Assembly (NCBI GenBank): GCA_964640725.1
Contig: CAZXIJ010000013.1
Location: 6,858-70,857 of the forward strand
Source: an uncultured Pseudomonadales bacterium
GTDB taxonomy: Bacteria > Pseudomonadota > Gammaproteobacteria > Pseudomonadales > Azotimanducaceae
Direction of reading: 5' to 3'
DNA: 64,000 nt
Program-made: the position numbers and the translations under genes
Shown: positions 28,530-38,234 of the stretch, one piece after another
Position numbering within the stretch: the first letter of the stretch is position 1
Layout: each line of letters opens with the position of its first letter
Notes under the pieces: generated by a model
What the model was told of the DNA's origin: nothing
What the model saw: only the letters and a program-made list of their open reading frames with translations
Databases searched by the model: none

Positions 28530-30307
28530 CCGGTCAGTGCGGCTTCGGCCATGACGGAGGTGCTGTCGGCTTCGATGCTGGCCTCGAGTGCCAGGGTCTT
28601 CGGCAGCAGGCGGGCGAAGTAAAACGCCGCAGTTTGCCGCTTGGCGGCCCGAAACTCGCTGCTGCTGCGACCGGGGGCATCCGGGTGCGCCATGGCCGCC
28701 ATGCGCAGCCAGAGCCAGCCGTAAATCACGTGCGCGGTCAGGTCCAGATAGTCGACGGATACAGCGCCCGCCAGGTTCGCATCTTCGCCACAGCGCGCGA
28801 CCAGGGACCTGGTGACGCGCTCGAGCCGGTCGAGGCTGTCCTGGACCTGCTGCAGTTGGGCCGCATCGGCCAGCGGCGCCAGCCGCTCGTCGGCCAGCCC
28901 GGTTCGCATCAGCTCGGTCAGGCGGAACAACGTTGCGCCCCCGTTCTTGAGCACTTTGCGCGTGATCAGGTCGAGCGCCTGCACGCCGTTGGTGCCTTCG
29001 TAGATCTGGCCGATCCGCGCATCGCGCACCAGCTGCTCGACGCCCCACTCGCTCACGTAACCGTGCCCGCCAAGCACCTGCTGGGCCAACACGGCGCAAT
29101 CGAGCCCGCGGTCCGTAAAGAACGCCTTGGTAATCGGCGTCAAAAACTCGGACAGCACCTGCGCTTCGGGATCGTCGCTGTATTTGCCGCGGTCCAGCTG
29201 ACGCCCGGCGAACATCGCCAGCGCCCGGCCGCCCTCGGTGTAGGCCCGGATGGTGAGCAACATGCGGCGTACGTCAGGATGCACCAGCAACGTATCGGCG
29301 TTGGCCTGACTGTCCTTTGGTCCCGTGGGTGAGCGACCCTGCCGGCGGTCCTGCGCATAGCGCAACGCCTGCTGGTAGGCCATCTCGCCGGCGCCGAGCC
29401 CTTGCAGGCCAACGGAAAGGCGCTCGTAGTTCATCATGGTGAACATCGCCGCCAGGCCGGCGTTCGCCTCGCCAATCAGGTAGCCGGTGGCGCCGTCGTA
29501 ATTGATGACGTTCGTGGGGCTGCCGTGAATGCCCATCTTGTGTTCGATAGCACCGCTGGCCCAGCTGTTGCGCGCCCCGAGACTGCCATCGTCGTTCACG
29601 AGAAACTTGGGCGCGATAAACAGGGAGATGCCGCGCGTGCCCCCCGGGGCATCTGGCAACCGTGCCAGCACCAGGTGGATGATGTTTTCCGCCAGGTCGT
29701 GCTCGCCGCTGGTGATGAAAATCTTCGAGCCCGTAATCCGGTAGCTGCCATCGGCCGCTGGCTCCGCTTTGGTCCGCATGATGCCCAGGTCCGTGCCTGC
29801 ATGGCTTTCCGTCAGCGCCATGGCGCCCGTCCACTCGCCGCTGTACATCCTGGGCAGGTAGGTCTGCTTCTGCTCCGCGCTGCCGTGGGCATCGATGCAT
29901 ATCGTCGCCCCCACGGTCAGGGAGCCCGACAGGTACAGCGCGGGATTGGCGGCCCAGAACATTTCTTCCAGGGCGCAACCCATGAGCTTCGGCATGCCCT
30001 GTCCGCCAAATTCCGGGTTGCCGGATAACCCGAGCCAACCGCCCTGAGTCAGCTCCGCAAAAGCGTCCTGAAAGCCCGCCGGGCTGGTCACCACGCCCTG
30101 GTCCCAACGGCAACCTTCGGCATCGCCGCTCTGACAGACCGGGGTTAACACCTCTGCAGCCACCCGGCCCCCTTCAGCCACCACGGCTTTGACCAGGTCT
30201 TCGCTCAGCTCCGAAAACTGGGCCATGCCCGCCCATTCTTCCTGAACCTTGAACAGGTCAAACAGCAGAAAGTCGATATCGTCGGCAGGAGCCTGGTAGG
30301 CGAGCAT
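28526..30307 (-). CDS. long-type acyl-CoA dehydrogenase (FadE-like, with C-terminal extension)
   Basis: MLAYQAPADDIDFLLFDL..., MALTESHAGTDLG, RITGSKIFITSGEHD, QVLGGHGY. ATG at 30307; the track start at 30379 is a TTG. Confidence 0.9.
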   Translation of the reverse strand: MLAYQAPADDIDFLLFDLFKVQEEWAGMAQFSELSEDLVKAVVAEGGRVAAEVLTPVCQSGDAEGCRWDQGVVTSPAGFQDAFAELTQGGWLGLSGNPEFGGQGMPKLMGCALEEMFWAANPALYLSGSLTVGATICIDAHGSAEQKQTYLPRMYSGEWTGAMALTESHAGTDLGIMRTKAEPAADGSYRITGSKIFITSGEHDLAENIIHLVLARLPDAPGGTRGISLFIAPKFLVNDDGSLGARNSWASGAIEHKMGIHGSPTNVINYDGATGYLIGEANAGLAAMFTMMNYERLSVGLQGLGAGEMAYQQALRYAQDRRQGRSPTGPKDSQANADTLLVHPDVRRMLLTIRAYTEGGRALAMFAGRQLDRGKYSDDPEAQVLSEFLTPITKAFFTDRGLDCAVLAQQVLGGHGYVSEWGVEQLVRDARIGQIYEGTNGVQALDLITRKVLKNGGATLFRLTELMRTGLADERLAPLADAAQLQQVQDSLDRLERVTRSLVARCGEDANLAGAVSVDYLDLTAHVIYGWLWLRMAAMAHPDAPGRSSSEFRAAKRQTAAFYFARLLPKTLALEASIEADSTSVMAEAALTG

Positions 30308-30420
30308 GGTCAAGAGTTCCGTTGCTAAAGTCAGCGCAACACAGTGTAGCGACGCTCTATGAAGGTGCTGTCGCCTCAATCTCTGTGCTTTAAAGAGGCC
30401 GGCGGCTCGCCGGCGCGCGA

Positions 30421-31038
30421 TTATACCCGGATATCGACGAAGGCTCCGCCGGTGTCCCCAAAACGTGCTATCGGCGCCAGGTCGCCGGGCGCTGCTGCTG
30501 CCGTGTCGCCGTTGCCTGCTTCTTCAGGACGCTCCCGACCGTTGATCCGCAGGCTGCCCGCCGCTGCAGAATCCTGCCCGCTGGCATTGCTGCGGGCGAG
30601 CTCGGCGCGCGCTTCCGCCGCCATCGCCGAGGCCTGGGTCGCCACCGCCCGGTCTGCTGCCGACGGCTGAGCAACCGCCAGGGCCGCCCGCCGCACGGTT
30701 TCCATTTTCGCGAGGGTGGCCGCCGGGTCCCCGGGGACCGGCGAAACGTCGATATCGACACTGCCGCTGACCGCGTAGCTGACGCCGTTTGGGCCGCGCT
30801 GAAACTCGTAGCGGGGCGCGCTGGCATAACGACCGCCGACACTGGCGTGGGCTTGCTCGTGCGCCCGGACCTCTCGATCCCGACGGGCCAGATCGCGCAC
30901 CTCGCGCTGCGTCTCCTGCAGCACCTGTAGCTCGACCGCGCGCTCTGCAGCCAGAGCCGTGTCGGCCGCCGGCCCGGCGACCGCTGCTGCCTGCACAGCG
31001 CTGGCCGCAGCGGGCGTGGTCGCTTCCGCGCCGTTCAC
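30421..31038 (-). CDS. SprA-related / 'putative metalloprotease CJM1_0395' family protein (HExxH)
   Basis: RDREVRAHEQAHASVGGRYASAPRYEFQRGPNGVSYAVSGSVDIDVSPVPGDP matches my recollection of this family, and HEQAH is an HExxH motif. GTG at 31038 lies 1 nt after the upstream stop. An alternative TTG sits at 31071. Confidence 0.7.
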   Translation of the reverse strand: MNGAEATTPAAASAVQAAAVAGPAADTALAAERAVELQVLQETQREVRDLARRDREVRAHEQAHASVGGRYASAPRYEFQRGPNGVSYAVSGSVDIDVSPVPGDPAATLAKMETVRRAALAVAQPSAADRAVATQASAMAAEARAELARSNASGQDSAAAGSLRINGRERPEEAGNGDTAAAAPGDLAPIARFGDTGGAFVDIRV

Positions 31039-31039
31039 A

Positions 31040-31327
31040 TCAGGCCCGCGTGTCCAGCAGGAACCCAACAACCGCGTCAGCAGTCTCCACCACTTTGCTG
31101 GCCGCCTGTACTTCTCGTGCGTAGAGCGTCAGCGACGCCAGGGCTTCGGCCTGGTCGGCGCCGGCAAGGCCTGCGCCGGCCTGGGCAGATGCGCCGGTCT
31201 CGCTGGCCGGCGCAGCTCGCTGGCCGTCGATACCGGCGCTGGCAATCCGGGACGCCGCCGTTTCGAACTGGGCCAGTGCGCGCTCCAGGCCTTGCGCGCC
31301 GCTGGCGAGAGGGGGGTTTACAGCCAT
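31040..31327 (-). CDS. hypothetical 95-aa Ala/Gly-rich protein
   Basis: An ATG with AGAGGAA upstream. It lies immediately upstream of, and co-oriented with, the SprA-related gene. No family recognised. Confidence 0.5.
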   Translation of the reverse strand: MAVNPPLASGAQGLERALAQFETAASRIASAGIDGQRAAPASETGASAQAGAGLAGADQAEALASLTLYAREVQAASKVVETADAVVGFLLDTRA

Positions 31328-31490
31328 GATTCGTTCCTCTGCAGTCTCGGGACCTTTAGCGGTTATCCCGAAAAGCGTAGGTCAGCGCACAGTGCCCTGC
31401 CCGGTTTTTTGGACAGCTGTGCGCCGGTTCGCAAGCTGAGAGCCGGCGATCACCGCTGGCGGCCATTCAGGATCACTGCCACTGTGCTGC

Positions 31491-32147
31491 ATGATCCGGT
31501 ACAGCCATTTTCACCGCGGCATCGGTCGGTGTCTTGCCTGTCAGCTGCCGGCTCGTGCAGGCCAGGGCGACCTGTGCCGGCAGTGCCGGGCGGACCTGCT
31601 GTGGTGCGAAACCGCGCCGGTGCTGGCAGACCTTGATCAGGTGCTCTGCGCCCTGCACTACGAAGGCACCATTCGCGACTGGATCCTGCGCCTGAAGTTT
31701 CGTGGCGACCTTGCTGCCGGCCGCGTCCTCGGGGAACTGCTCGCCGCAACGGTACGGGGCGCCCGGGCTGCCGGCAGCCCGCTGCCGCAGGCTCTGCTGC
31801 CGGTGCCCATGACCCGGTTGCAGTGGCTGCGCCGGGGCCGCAATCCGGCTCGCGTGATCGCCGCTCCGGTCGCGCGCGCCTTTGCGCTGCCGATTGCCTG
31901 CCAGCTGGCGGTCATTGCGCACAAGCCCAGCTCCCAGCACCGGCTGAACCGGGCGGAACGGCTGCAGGCTCTGCGCGGCGCGTTCTGCATTCGCGGCCGT
32001 CCGCCCGCGCAGGTCGCCATCGTCGACGACGTGCTGACAACCGGCGCCACCGCGCAGGCCCTCGCCCGGGCCTTGCGGGTCGCCGGCTGTCGCCGGGTCG
32101 AGATCTGGACAGCGGCATATACCCTGCCCCCGGAGGCCGTCCCTTGA
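31491..32147 (+). CDS. comF: ComF family protein (phosphoribosyltransferase fold)
   Basis: N-terminal Cys pairs CLAC...CRQC, and the C-terminal PRTase motif VAIVDDVLTTGATA. Confidence 0.88.
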   Translation: MIRYSHFHRGIGRCLACQLPARAGQGDLCRQCRADLLWCETAPVLADLDQVLCALHYEGTIRDWILRLKFRGDLAAGRVLGELLAATVRGARAAGSPLPQALLPVPMTRLQWLRRGRNPARVIAAPVARAFALPIACQLAVIAHKPSSQHRLNRAERLQALRGAFCIRGRPPAQVAIVDDVLTTGATAQALARALRVAGCRRVEIWTAAYTLPPEAVP

Positions 32148-32182
32148 TAGGCTGCGCGCCTCTCACGTCAGGGGTGCCTGCC

Positions 32183-33217
32183 ATGTCTTCGGAAGATTCC
32201 CCAGCCAGCGGCGCAAGCGCTGACGCCACCGCGGCGCTCGAGGCCAGTGCGGCCCCCTACTCAACGCTGAGCCCCGATCTGATTCTGGACGCCGTGGAGG
32301 GCGCAGGCTTTCCGGTCAGCGGTGGCCTGCTCGCCATGAACAGCTACGAAAACCGCGTCTACCAGCTCGAGCTCAACGACGGCAGCTTTCTGGTGGCAAA
32401 GTTCTACCGCCCCGGGCGCCTGAGCGACGCCGCCATTCACGAAGAACACACTTTCACTCTGGCGCTGGCAGCAGCAGAGCTGCCCTGCGTCGCGCCCCTG
32501 GCGGTGGCGGGCAGAACGCTCTTCGAGCACGAGGGCTACCGCTTCGCGCTGTTTCCCCGCCGCGGCGGCCAGCCGCCCGATATCGAACAGGAGGACAACC
32601 TCAGAATCCTCGCCCGAGCCATCGCCCGGATCCACGCCATCGGGCGCCAGGACGAATTCTCTGCCCGTCGCACCCTGTCGGTAAAAGACTACGCCATCGA
32701 CAGCCGCGCGCTGCTGCTTGCGACCGACTTCATTCCCTATGAACTGCGCGAAGCTTACGAAACACTGTCAGCCCAGCTGATCGAACGCCTGGAACACGTG
32801 CTCGACGGCCACACGATGCAGCGCATACACGGTGACTGCCATCTGGGCAACCTGCTGTGGCGGGAGCAGGTACCGAATTTCGTCGACTTCGATGACGCGG
32901 TGACCGGCCCGCCGATCCAGGATTTGTGGATGCTCCTGTCTGGCGAACGCCAGGAACAGCAGCGGCAGCTTGACGTGATTCTTCGCGCCTACGAGGAGTT
33001 TTCGTCCTTCGAGCCGCGCAGCATTGCCCTGATTGAGCCCCTGCGCACTCTGCGAATGATGCATCACGCAGCCTGGATTGCCCGCCGCTGGGAAGATCCG
33101 GCGTTTCCTCCGGCTTTTCCCTGGTTCGAGGGCGGACGCTACTGGTCCGATCACATCCTGCATTTGAAAGAGCAGCTGGCTGCGCTGCAGGAACCGCCCC
33201 TGGAGTGGCGGCGCTGA
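32183..33217 (+). CDS. srkA: stress-response serine/threonine kinase SrkA (YihE/RdoA)
   Basis: LAMNSYENRVYQLEL...VAKFYRPGR, HGDCHLGNLLW, VDFDDA. Internal ATG at 32183; the track ORF from 31823 overlaps comF and is Arg-rich junk. Confidence 0.9.
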   Translation: MSSEDSPASGASADATAALEASAAPYSTLSPDLILDAVEGAGFPVSGGLLAMNSYENRVYQLELNDGSFLVAKFYRPGRLSDAAIHEEHTFTLALAAAELPCVAPLAVAGRTLFEHEGYRFALFPRRGGQPPDIEQEDNLRILARAIARIHAIGRQDEFSARRTLSVKDYAIDSRALLLATDFIPYELREAYETLSAQLIERLEHVLDGHTMQRIHGDCHLGNLLWREQVPNFVDFDDAVTGPPIQDLWMLLSGERQEQQRQLDVILRAYEEFSSFEPRSIALIEPLRTLRMMHHAAWIARRWEDPAFPPAFPWFEGGRYWSDHILHLKEQLAALQEPPLEWRR

Positions 33218-33234
33218 GCCGCCAGCCCGGACGG

Positions 33235-34404
33235 CTACATGACGGCGCTGAGCACCTTCGAGGGCGGGGCCGCATAGGCGGCGTCCAGCTCGGTCTTGTT
33301 CCGGGCCAGGTTCGCGTACTGCGCCAGCAGCAGCGGGCGCTCGCCAGCGCTGCAAGCTTCCAGCCGGGCCTTCAATAGCGGCAAGGTGCGGCCGTCGTCG
33401 GGCTCCACGGGGCCAGGGACGGCCAGCCCGCTTATCTCGGCAGCCCAGGCGTTCGTCGGATACAGCTTCAGGTGCCCAACAATCTCGCGGTCCACCGCCA
33501 GGGCCAGCCGCTCAGCGTTCATGGGCCCGGTCGAGGCGAGCTGTCCGAAGTGCACGTGCATGCGCCCCTTGAAGCCCGATAGGCCTTCGGCAATCGCAGC
33601 CAGATCGTCGTCGCTGCCTTTCTCGAAGGTTCCGTTGCGCGCCAGCAGCTCAAGCTCCTGCGCCTTGCGCAGATCGCAGGGGTCCAGCTCGTAGGAAATC
33701 GCTGTGGGCACGATGGTCAAGGATCGCGCAATCTCGGCAAAGTCATCGGTTTCCTTGCGAAACGCCAGCGCCAGCATTTTGAGCAGGGCCGGATCCGTCC
33801 GGTCCAGACCGTCCTTGGCGCGCCCGGCACGCTGGGCAATCCATACGTGCTCACCTTCCTGCAGGGAATGACGCACATAGCGGGCCGTCCGCTGCATTGC
33901 TGCGTATTGAGCTTTGCGCCCGACGACGCTGCGCTCGATCATGAACCCCTTGTTCAGGCGCATGACGTCGGCGGCGTAGACGGTGCTAAACAGGTTGTCG
34001 CCCACCGCCAGCCGCGCCGTGTTCTGGCCGATCTCGTAGAGCAGCCGGTTGATGATGCCGGAGTCGTAGACGATGTCGCGATGATTGGAGATAAACAGAC
34101 AAGCGCGATCTTTCGGCAGGGCGTCGAGACCGCTGTAGCTGAGCGCCGTCACTCGCGTCCGGAGCACCAGATCGATGTAGCGGCCCATTTGAATCTGAAA
34201 GTCGAGCACGGTGCGGATGCGGCGCCCCCGCCACTTCAGCAACCCGCCCATGAGCGCTTCGGCGAGCGCTGGCAGGCGCGCGGACAGGCGCGGAAACACC
34301 AGGGCGCCAACCCCCCTGCGCAGGGCACGGTTGCCCACCAGACGGGCAACCACTGCGGGCACTTCGTCGTCCGCATAGGGCCGGATGCTTTCAAACTCGT
34401 CCAT
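33235..34404 (-). CDS. glycerol/lysophospholipid acyltransferase family protein
   Basis: Acyltransferase block I-like FISNHRDIVYD and block III-like WIAQRAGRAKDG. 389 aa. Confidence 0.75.
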   Translation of the reverse strand: MDEFESIRPYADDEVPAVVARLVGNRALRRGVGALVFPRLSARLPALAEALMGGLLKWRGRRIRTVLDFQIQMGRYIDLVLRTRVTALSYSGLDALPKDRACLFISNHRDIVYDSGIINRLLYEIGQNTARLAVGDNLFSTVYAADVMRLNKGFMIERSVVGRKAQYAAMQRTARYVRHSLQEGEHVWIAQRAGRAKDGLDRTDPALLKMLALAFRKETDDFAEIARSLTIVPTAISYELDPCDLRKAQELELLARNGTFEKGSDDDLAAIAEGLSGFKGRMHVHFGQLASTGPMNAERLALAVDREIVGHLKLYPTNAWAAEISGLAVPGPVEPDDGRTLPLLKARLEACSAGERPLLLAQYANLARNKTELDAAYAAPPSKVLSAVM

Positions 34405-34458
34405 GGATACCTGGCAGGATGGCGCAGCAGGCCACTATCTCACAACGGCCCGGCAGGC

Positions 34459-35220
34459 TCACAGCCGGCCAGCCCACAAGGCCTCGCCGCAGATCCACAG
34501 CCCAACCAGAAACAGCAGGCTGAAGACCGCGCGTTTCAGCGCTTCATCGGTCAGGGGCGGACGCCATCGCGCACCGATGGCGCTGCCTGCCACCACCACG
34601 GGAAACAGCAGCGCCGCCAGCACCCAGACCTGCTCCGTGAGCTCGCCACGCAGCCCAACGACGCCGGTGCGCACCAGGGTGGTCAGGCCGAACACCGCAA
34701 GCAGCGTCGCCCGGATCACCTCAAAGGGCAGCGGCTGCCGGTAGCCGTACCAGCCGATGACCGGCCCGGAGGAGGAGAACAGGCCGCCCGCCAGGCCGCC
34801 GAGGGCGCCGTAGGCGACCGTCGCCGGCGCGGACGTCAGCTTTGCCAGGGTTCGTGGCGCGATGGCTAAGGACACGCTGGCCAGGGCAATAAACCCCCCC
34901 AGAAGCAGCTTCAAGGTTCCGACGGCGCTGGCGCTGAGCTCTCCGAGCAGCCACACCCCTGCCGCAATCGCCGGCACCTGCCCGGCCAGCAGCCCCAGCA
35001 GCATGGGCCGGTGAACGGCCGCCAGGTGCCGCCGCACACTGATAATCACGTTGGTCAGCGACAGCAGGCTCACCACCGCCGCGAGAACGGCGATGGGTAC
35101 CAGCCCAAAGCCGCCGCCAATGGCCATCATCATCATGCCCATGGCAAAGCCCGCCACGCTCTGCACATAGCTGGCGACAAGGGCAAGGACGGCAAGGGCA
35201 AGGAGAGTGGGCGGATCCAT
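34459..35220 (-). CDS. TauE/SafE family anion exporter
   Basis: Polytopic and Gly/Ala/Leu-rich, with an internal two-fold repeat typical of TauE. 253 aa. Confidence 0.8.
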   Translation of the reverse strand: MDPPTLLALAVLALVASYVQSVAGFAMGMMMMAIGGGFGLVPIAVLAAVVSLLSLTNVIISVRRHLAAVHRPMLLGLLAGQVPAIAAGVWLLGELSASAVGTLKLLLGGFIALASVSLAIAPRTLAKLTSAPATVAYGALGGLAGGLFSSSGPVIGWYGYRQPLPFEVIRATLLAVFGLTTLVRTGVVGLRGELTEQVWVLAALLFPVVVAGSAIGARWRPPLTDEALKRAVFSLLFLVGLWICGEALWAGRL

Positions 35221-35330
35221 CAGGGTACGGCTTGAGATTGGCGCGGGAGTATAAGGACCGGCGTCGACGCCTGCTTTGCTATTCCGACGAGCCTGGATAA
35301 CTATGCGGCTTTAGGCACGGCTGGCTCTGC

Positions 35331-36107
35331 GTGGATCTCAAACTCAAAGGCAAGCGGGTCCTGGTGACTGGCAGTTCCCGGGGTACCGGCAACGTCATTG
35401 CCGGGCGTTTCCTCGAGGAAGGCGCTGAGGTCATCGTGCACGGGCTGGCCAGCGGCCAGGCGGAGGCCGCGGTCGAGGCCCTGGGCGGCGGCATCCCGTT
35501 CACCAGCGATCTGACCGACGATGCCTGCCGGGCCGAACTGGAGACGCTGCTGGCACCGGCGCCCGTCGACATCCTGGTCAACAACTACGGCACCACGACC
35601 CCCGGAAGCTGGGGCGACGGCGACCCCGGACCCTGGCAGCAGGCCTTCGAACAGAACCTCATGAGCGCCGTGCGCTGCGCCGAGGCCGTGTTGCCGGCCA
35701 TGCGGGCACGCGGTGCCGGGCGCATCATCAACCTGGGCACCGTCGGCAGCACTCGCCCCAATGCCCGCATGCCCCACTACTACGCGGCCAAGGGCGCGCT
35801 GGCAACCATGAACGCCAGCCTGGCCCTTGAGGTCGCGGGCACCGGCATCCGGGTCAACCTGGTGTCGCCAGGGCTGATCGCAACCCCGGAAGTGATGAGT
35901 GCCGCCATTGCCCGCAGCCGCAAACGCGGCGGCAGCGAAGACTGGGAAACCGTCGAGGCAGAGATGGCCAGAGACGTCCCCATCGGCCGCATCGCGCGGC
36001 GGGAGGAAGTGGCCGACCTGGTGCTGTTCCTCGCCAGCGACCGGGCCGACGCCATTCACGGCCAGAACATCCGCATTGACGGCGGGCAGCTGGGCATCGT
36101 GACTTGA
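35331..36107 (+). CDS. SDR family oxidoreductase
   Basis: VLVTGSSRGTG cofactor motif, NNYG, and the catalytic YYAAKGAL. GTG start. Confidence 0.88.
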   Translation: MDLKLKGKRVLVTGSSRGTGNVIAGRFLEEGAEVIVHGLASGQAEAAVEALGGGIPFTSDLTDDACRAELETLLAPAPVDILVNNYGTTTPGSWGDGDPGPWQQAFEQNLMSAVRCAEAVLPAMRARGAGRIINLGTVGSTRPNARMPHYYAAKGALATMNASLALEVAGTGIRVNLVSPGLIATPEVMSAAIARSRKRGGSEDWETVEAEMARDVPIGRIARREEVADLVLFLASDRADAIHGQNIRIDGGQLGIVT

Positions 36108-36472
36108 TCCTGCGTCTGGCCGGCGGGCTGCTGGTACTCGGCTGCGTGCTGCTGTTCGAGCCGGGCGCGACGACCCTGCTGCAGCGGCTCTGGCTGCCCC
36201 TGGCCTTTGGGATCGGCGCCGCCATGGTGCTGCACAACGTTCTGGCGATCGCGGCGACCGGCGCGCTCCTGGCCGCGCTGCGCAGCGATCTGGCCGGCGA
36301 CTGGGTCAGCGCCATTGCCTACCCGGTCATCGGCATCGCCTGCGCCGGCATTGCCGCCGGCATCCTGCTGCAGCGCTATCGCCGCTACCGCGAAGCCACC
36401 CGCGCCGCCCGGCTCGAAGCCCGCGCATCGCGGCAGGCGTCCATCAGAACGGATGAACCCAATGAGCAATGA
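36104..36472 (+). CDS. hypothetical small membrane protein (3-4 TM helices, basic tail)
   Basis: It fills the SDR-aceK gap. Hydrophobic helices are followed by QRYRRYREATRAARLEARASR. The TTG start overlaps the SDR stop (TTGA), so the start is uncertain. Confidence 0.5.
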   Translation: MILRLAGGLLVLGCVLLFEPGATTLLQRLWLPLAFGIGAAMVLHNVLAIAATGALLAALRSDLAGDWVSAIAYPVIGIACAGIAAGILLQRYRRYREATRAARLEARASRQASIRTDEPNEQ

Positions 36473-38234
36473 CCGGCAAGGGGCAGGACCCGCAGCCCCC
36501 CTCGCGCAACAGATCGCTGGCCAGATCATGACCAGCTTCGCGCTCTATCGGGCCGATTTCACCCAGTCCACCCTTGCCGCCCGCGGCTACTTTCACGACC
36601 GCGACTGGCACGGGATCCAGGCCCTGGGCGCCCAGCGGCTGGCCACCTACACGGAACACCTGAACCCGCTGGTCGAGCGGCTGCGGGGGATCATCAACAC
36701 CGCACAGCAAAGCGATGCAGCCCTGGCCCGGCTATGGCGCGAGGTCAAGGCGCAGTACGCGCAGGCATTGACCGCCCGCTACGATCGCGAGATGGGCGAG
36801 ACGTTCTACAACTCGGCCTACCGCCGCCTGCGCGCTCACGCCCAGCTGGTGGACGACGAGACCTTTGTGCAGCCCACCAAACGCCCCGGCGTGCAGCAAC
36901 CGGCACAGCCGCTGCTGCGGCGCTTCGAGCCCGGCGCAGAAGGGTTGGTCCATATGATGCAGCAGCTCCTGGGCAGCCTGCCGCTCACACTGCCCTGGCA
37001 AGACTTCGACCGCGATATCCGCAACATTCTGCGCTCCCTGCCCGAGGCCCGGCCGGAGCTTGAGAGCAGCTTCGGCCTGGCCATCGAAATCGTCGACGCG
37101 GTTTTCTATCGCAACAAGGGCGCCTACGTGGTCGGCCGCATCTGCCAGGGCGACAAAACCTGGCCCCTGGCCCTGCCGCTGCTGCAGGACGCCTCCGGGC
37201 GGCTCTATGTCGACACGCTGATCTGCGACGAAGATGAGCTGTCGATCATGTTCAGCTTCACCCGAGCCTATTTCCTGGTGGATGTGCCGGAGCCGACGGC
37301 ACTGGTGGATTTTCTTTGGGCGCTGCTCCCGAACAAGAAGCGCAGCGAGCTGTACAGCGCCATCGGCCTGCACAAACACGGCAAAACCGTGTTCTACCGG
37401 GGTTTCGTGGAGCACCTCGCCCAGTCCTCGGACCCGTTTATCATTGCGCCGGGTATCAAGGGCATGGTGATGGCGGTGTTTTCCCTGCCGTCCTATCAGG
37501 TGGTCTTCAAAATCATCAAGGATCAGTTCGCGCCGCAAAAAAACATCACCGCCGCGCAGGTCAAAGAGAAATACGCGATCGTCAAAGAGCACGATCGTGT
37601 CGGGCGCATGGCAGACACGCAGGAGTTTCACAACTTCGTATTGCCCCTGGCACGCTTCGACGCGACGCTCCTCAAGCACCTGCTCAGTGTCGCCGGCAAC
37701 ACGGTTCGCATCGAGGGCGACGATGTCATCATCACGCACCTGTATATCGAGCGACAGATGACGCCGCTAAACCTGTACATCGAAGACGCGGACGACACGG
37801 CCCTGCGCAGCGCCCTGGACGAGTACGGCAACGCCATCAAGCAGCTCGCCGCCGCCAACATTTTTCCCGGCGACATGCTGCTGAAAAACTTTGGCGTCAC
37901 CCGCCACGGCCGGGTCGTGTTTTACGATTACGACGAGATCACCTATCTGACCGAGATGAACTTTCGGACCATACCGGAGCCGCAAACGCCGGAGCAGGAG
38001 ATGGCATCCGAGCCCTGGTACGCCGTTGCCCCCAACGACGTTTTTCCGGAGGAGTTTCGAAAGTTCCTGTTCGGTCGACGCAAAATCAAGGCCCAGTTCG
38101 CCGCCATGCACGGCGAGCTGTTCGATGCGGAGTACTGGAAAACGCTCCAAGCAGATATCGAGGCCGGCGCGATCCGGGATGTGTTTCCCTACCGTCGCAA
38201 ACGGCGCTTCCTGGCCAACGTCGAGTCATCGTGA
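36462..38234 (+). CDS. aceK: isocitrate dehydrogenase kinase/phosphatase
   Basis: Colinear with E. coli AceK: FYRNKGAYVVGR, GIKGMVMAVFSLPSY.VFK.IKD.FAPQK, VKEHDRVGRMADTQEF, AAANIFPGDMLLKNFGVTRHGRVVFYDYDEI, EPWY...DVFPEEF. ATG at 36462 (alternative 36453); the track ORF from 36207 is over-extended. Confidence 0.95.
   Translation: MSNDRQGAGPAAPLAQQIAGQIMTSFALYRADFTQSTLAARGYFHDRDWHGIQALGAQRLATYTEHLNPLVERLRGIINTAQQSDAALARLWREVKAQYAQALTARYDREMGETFYNSAYRRLRAHAQLVDDETFVQPTKRPGVQQPAQPLLRRFEPGAEGLVHMMQQLLGSLPLTLPWQDFDRDIRNILRSLPEARPELESSFGLAIEIVDAVFYRNKGAYVVGRICQGDKTWPLALPLLQDASGRLYVDTLICDEDELSIMFSFTRAYFLVDVPEPTALVDFLWALLPNKKRSELYSAIGLHKHGKTVFYRGFVEHLAQSSDPFIIAPGIKGMVMAVFSLPSYQVVFKIIKDQFAPQKNITAAQVKEKYAIVKEHDRVGRMADTQEFHNFVLPLARFDATLLKHLLSVAGNTVRIEGDDVIITHLYIERQMTPLNLYIEDADDTALRSALDEYGNAIKQLAAANIFPGDMLLKNFGVTRHGRVVFYDYDEITYLTEMNFRTIPEPQTPEQEMASEPWYAVAPNDVFPEEFRKFLFGRRKIKAQFAAMHGELFDAEYWKTLQADIEAGAIRDVFPYRRKRRFLANVESS

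Noticed and set aside
31328-31400. Sigma-28 (FliA)-type promoter upstream of the 95-aa ORF (CGGGATAA resembles GCCGATAA)
   Set aside because: There is no TAAA -35 element at the required spacing of about 15 nt, and no flagellar genes lie nearby.
31823-32182. N-terminal extensions of track ORFs (e.g. 31823 for srkA, 36207 for aceK, 37316 for the HAD gene, 62411 for the peroxidase, 58229 for the beta-helix protein, 13719 for prmA)
   Set aside because: The extended parts overlap the preceding gene, are Arg/Pro-rich, and align to nothing in the orthologues. Internal starts give the canonical N-termini, signal peptides or SD sequences.
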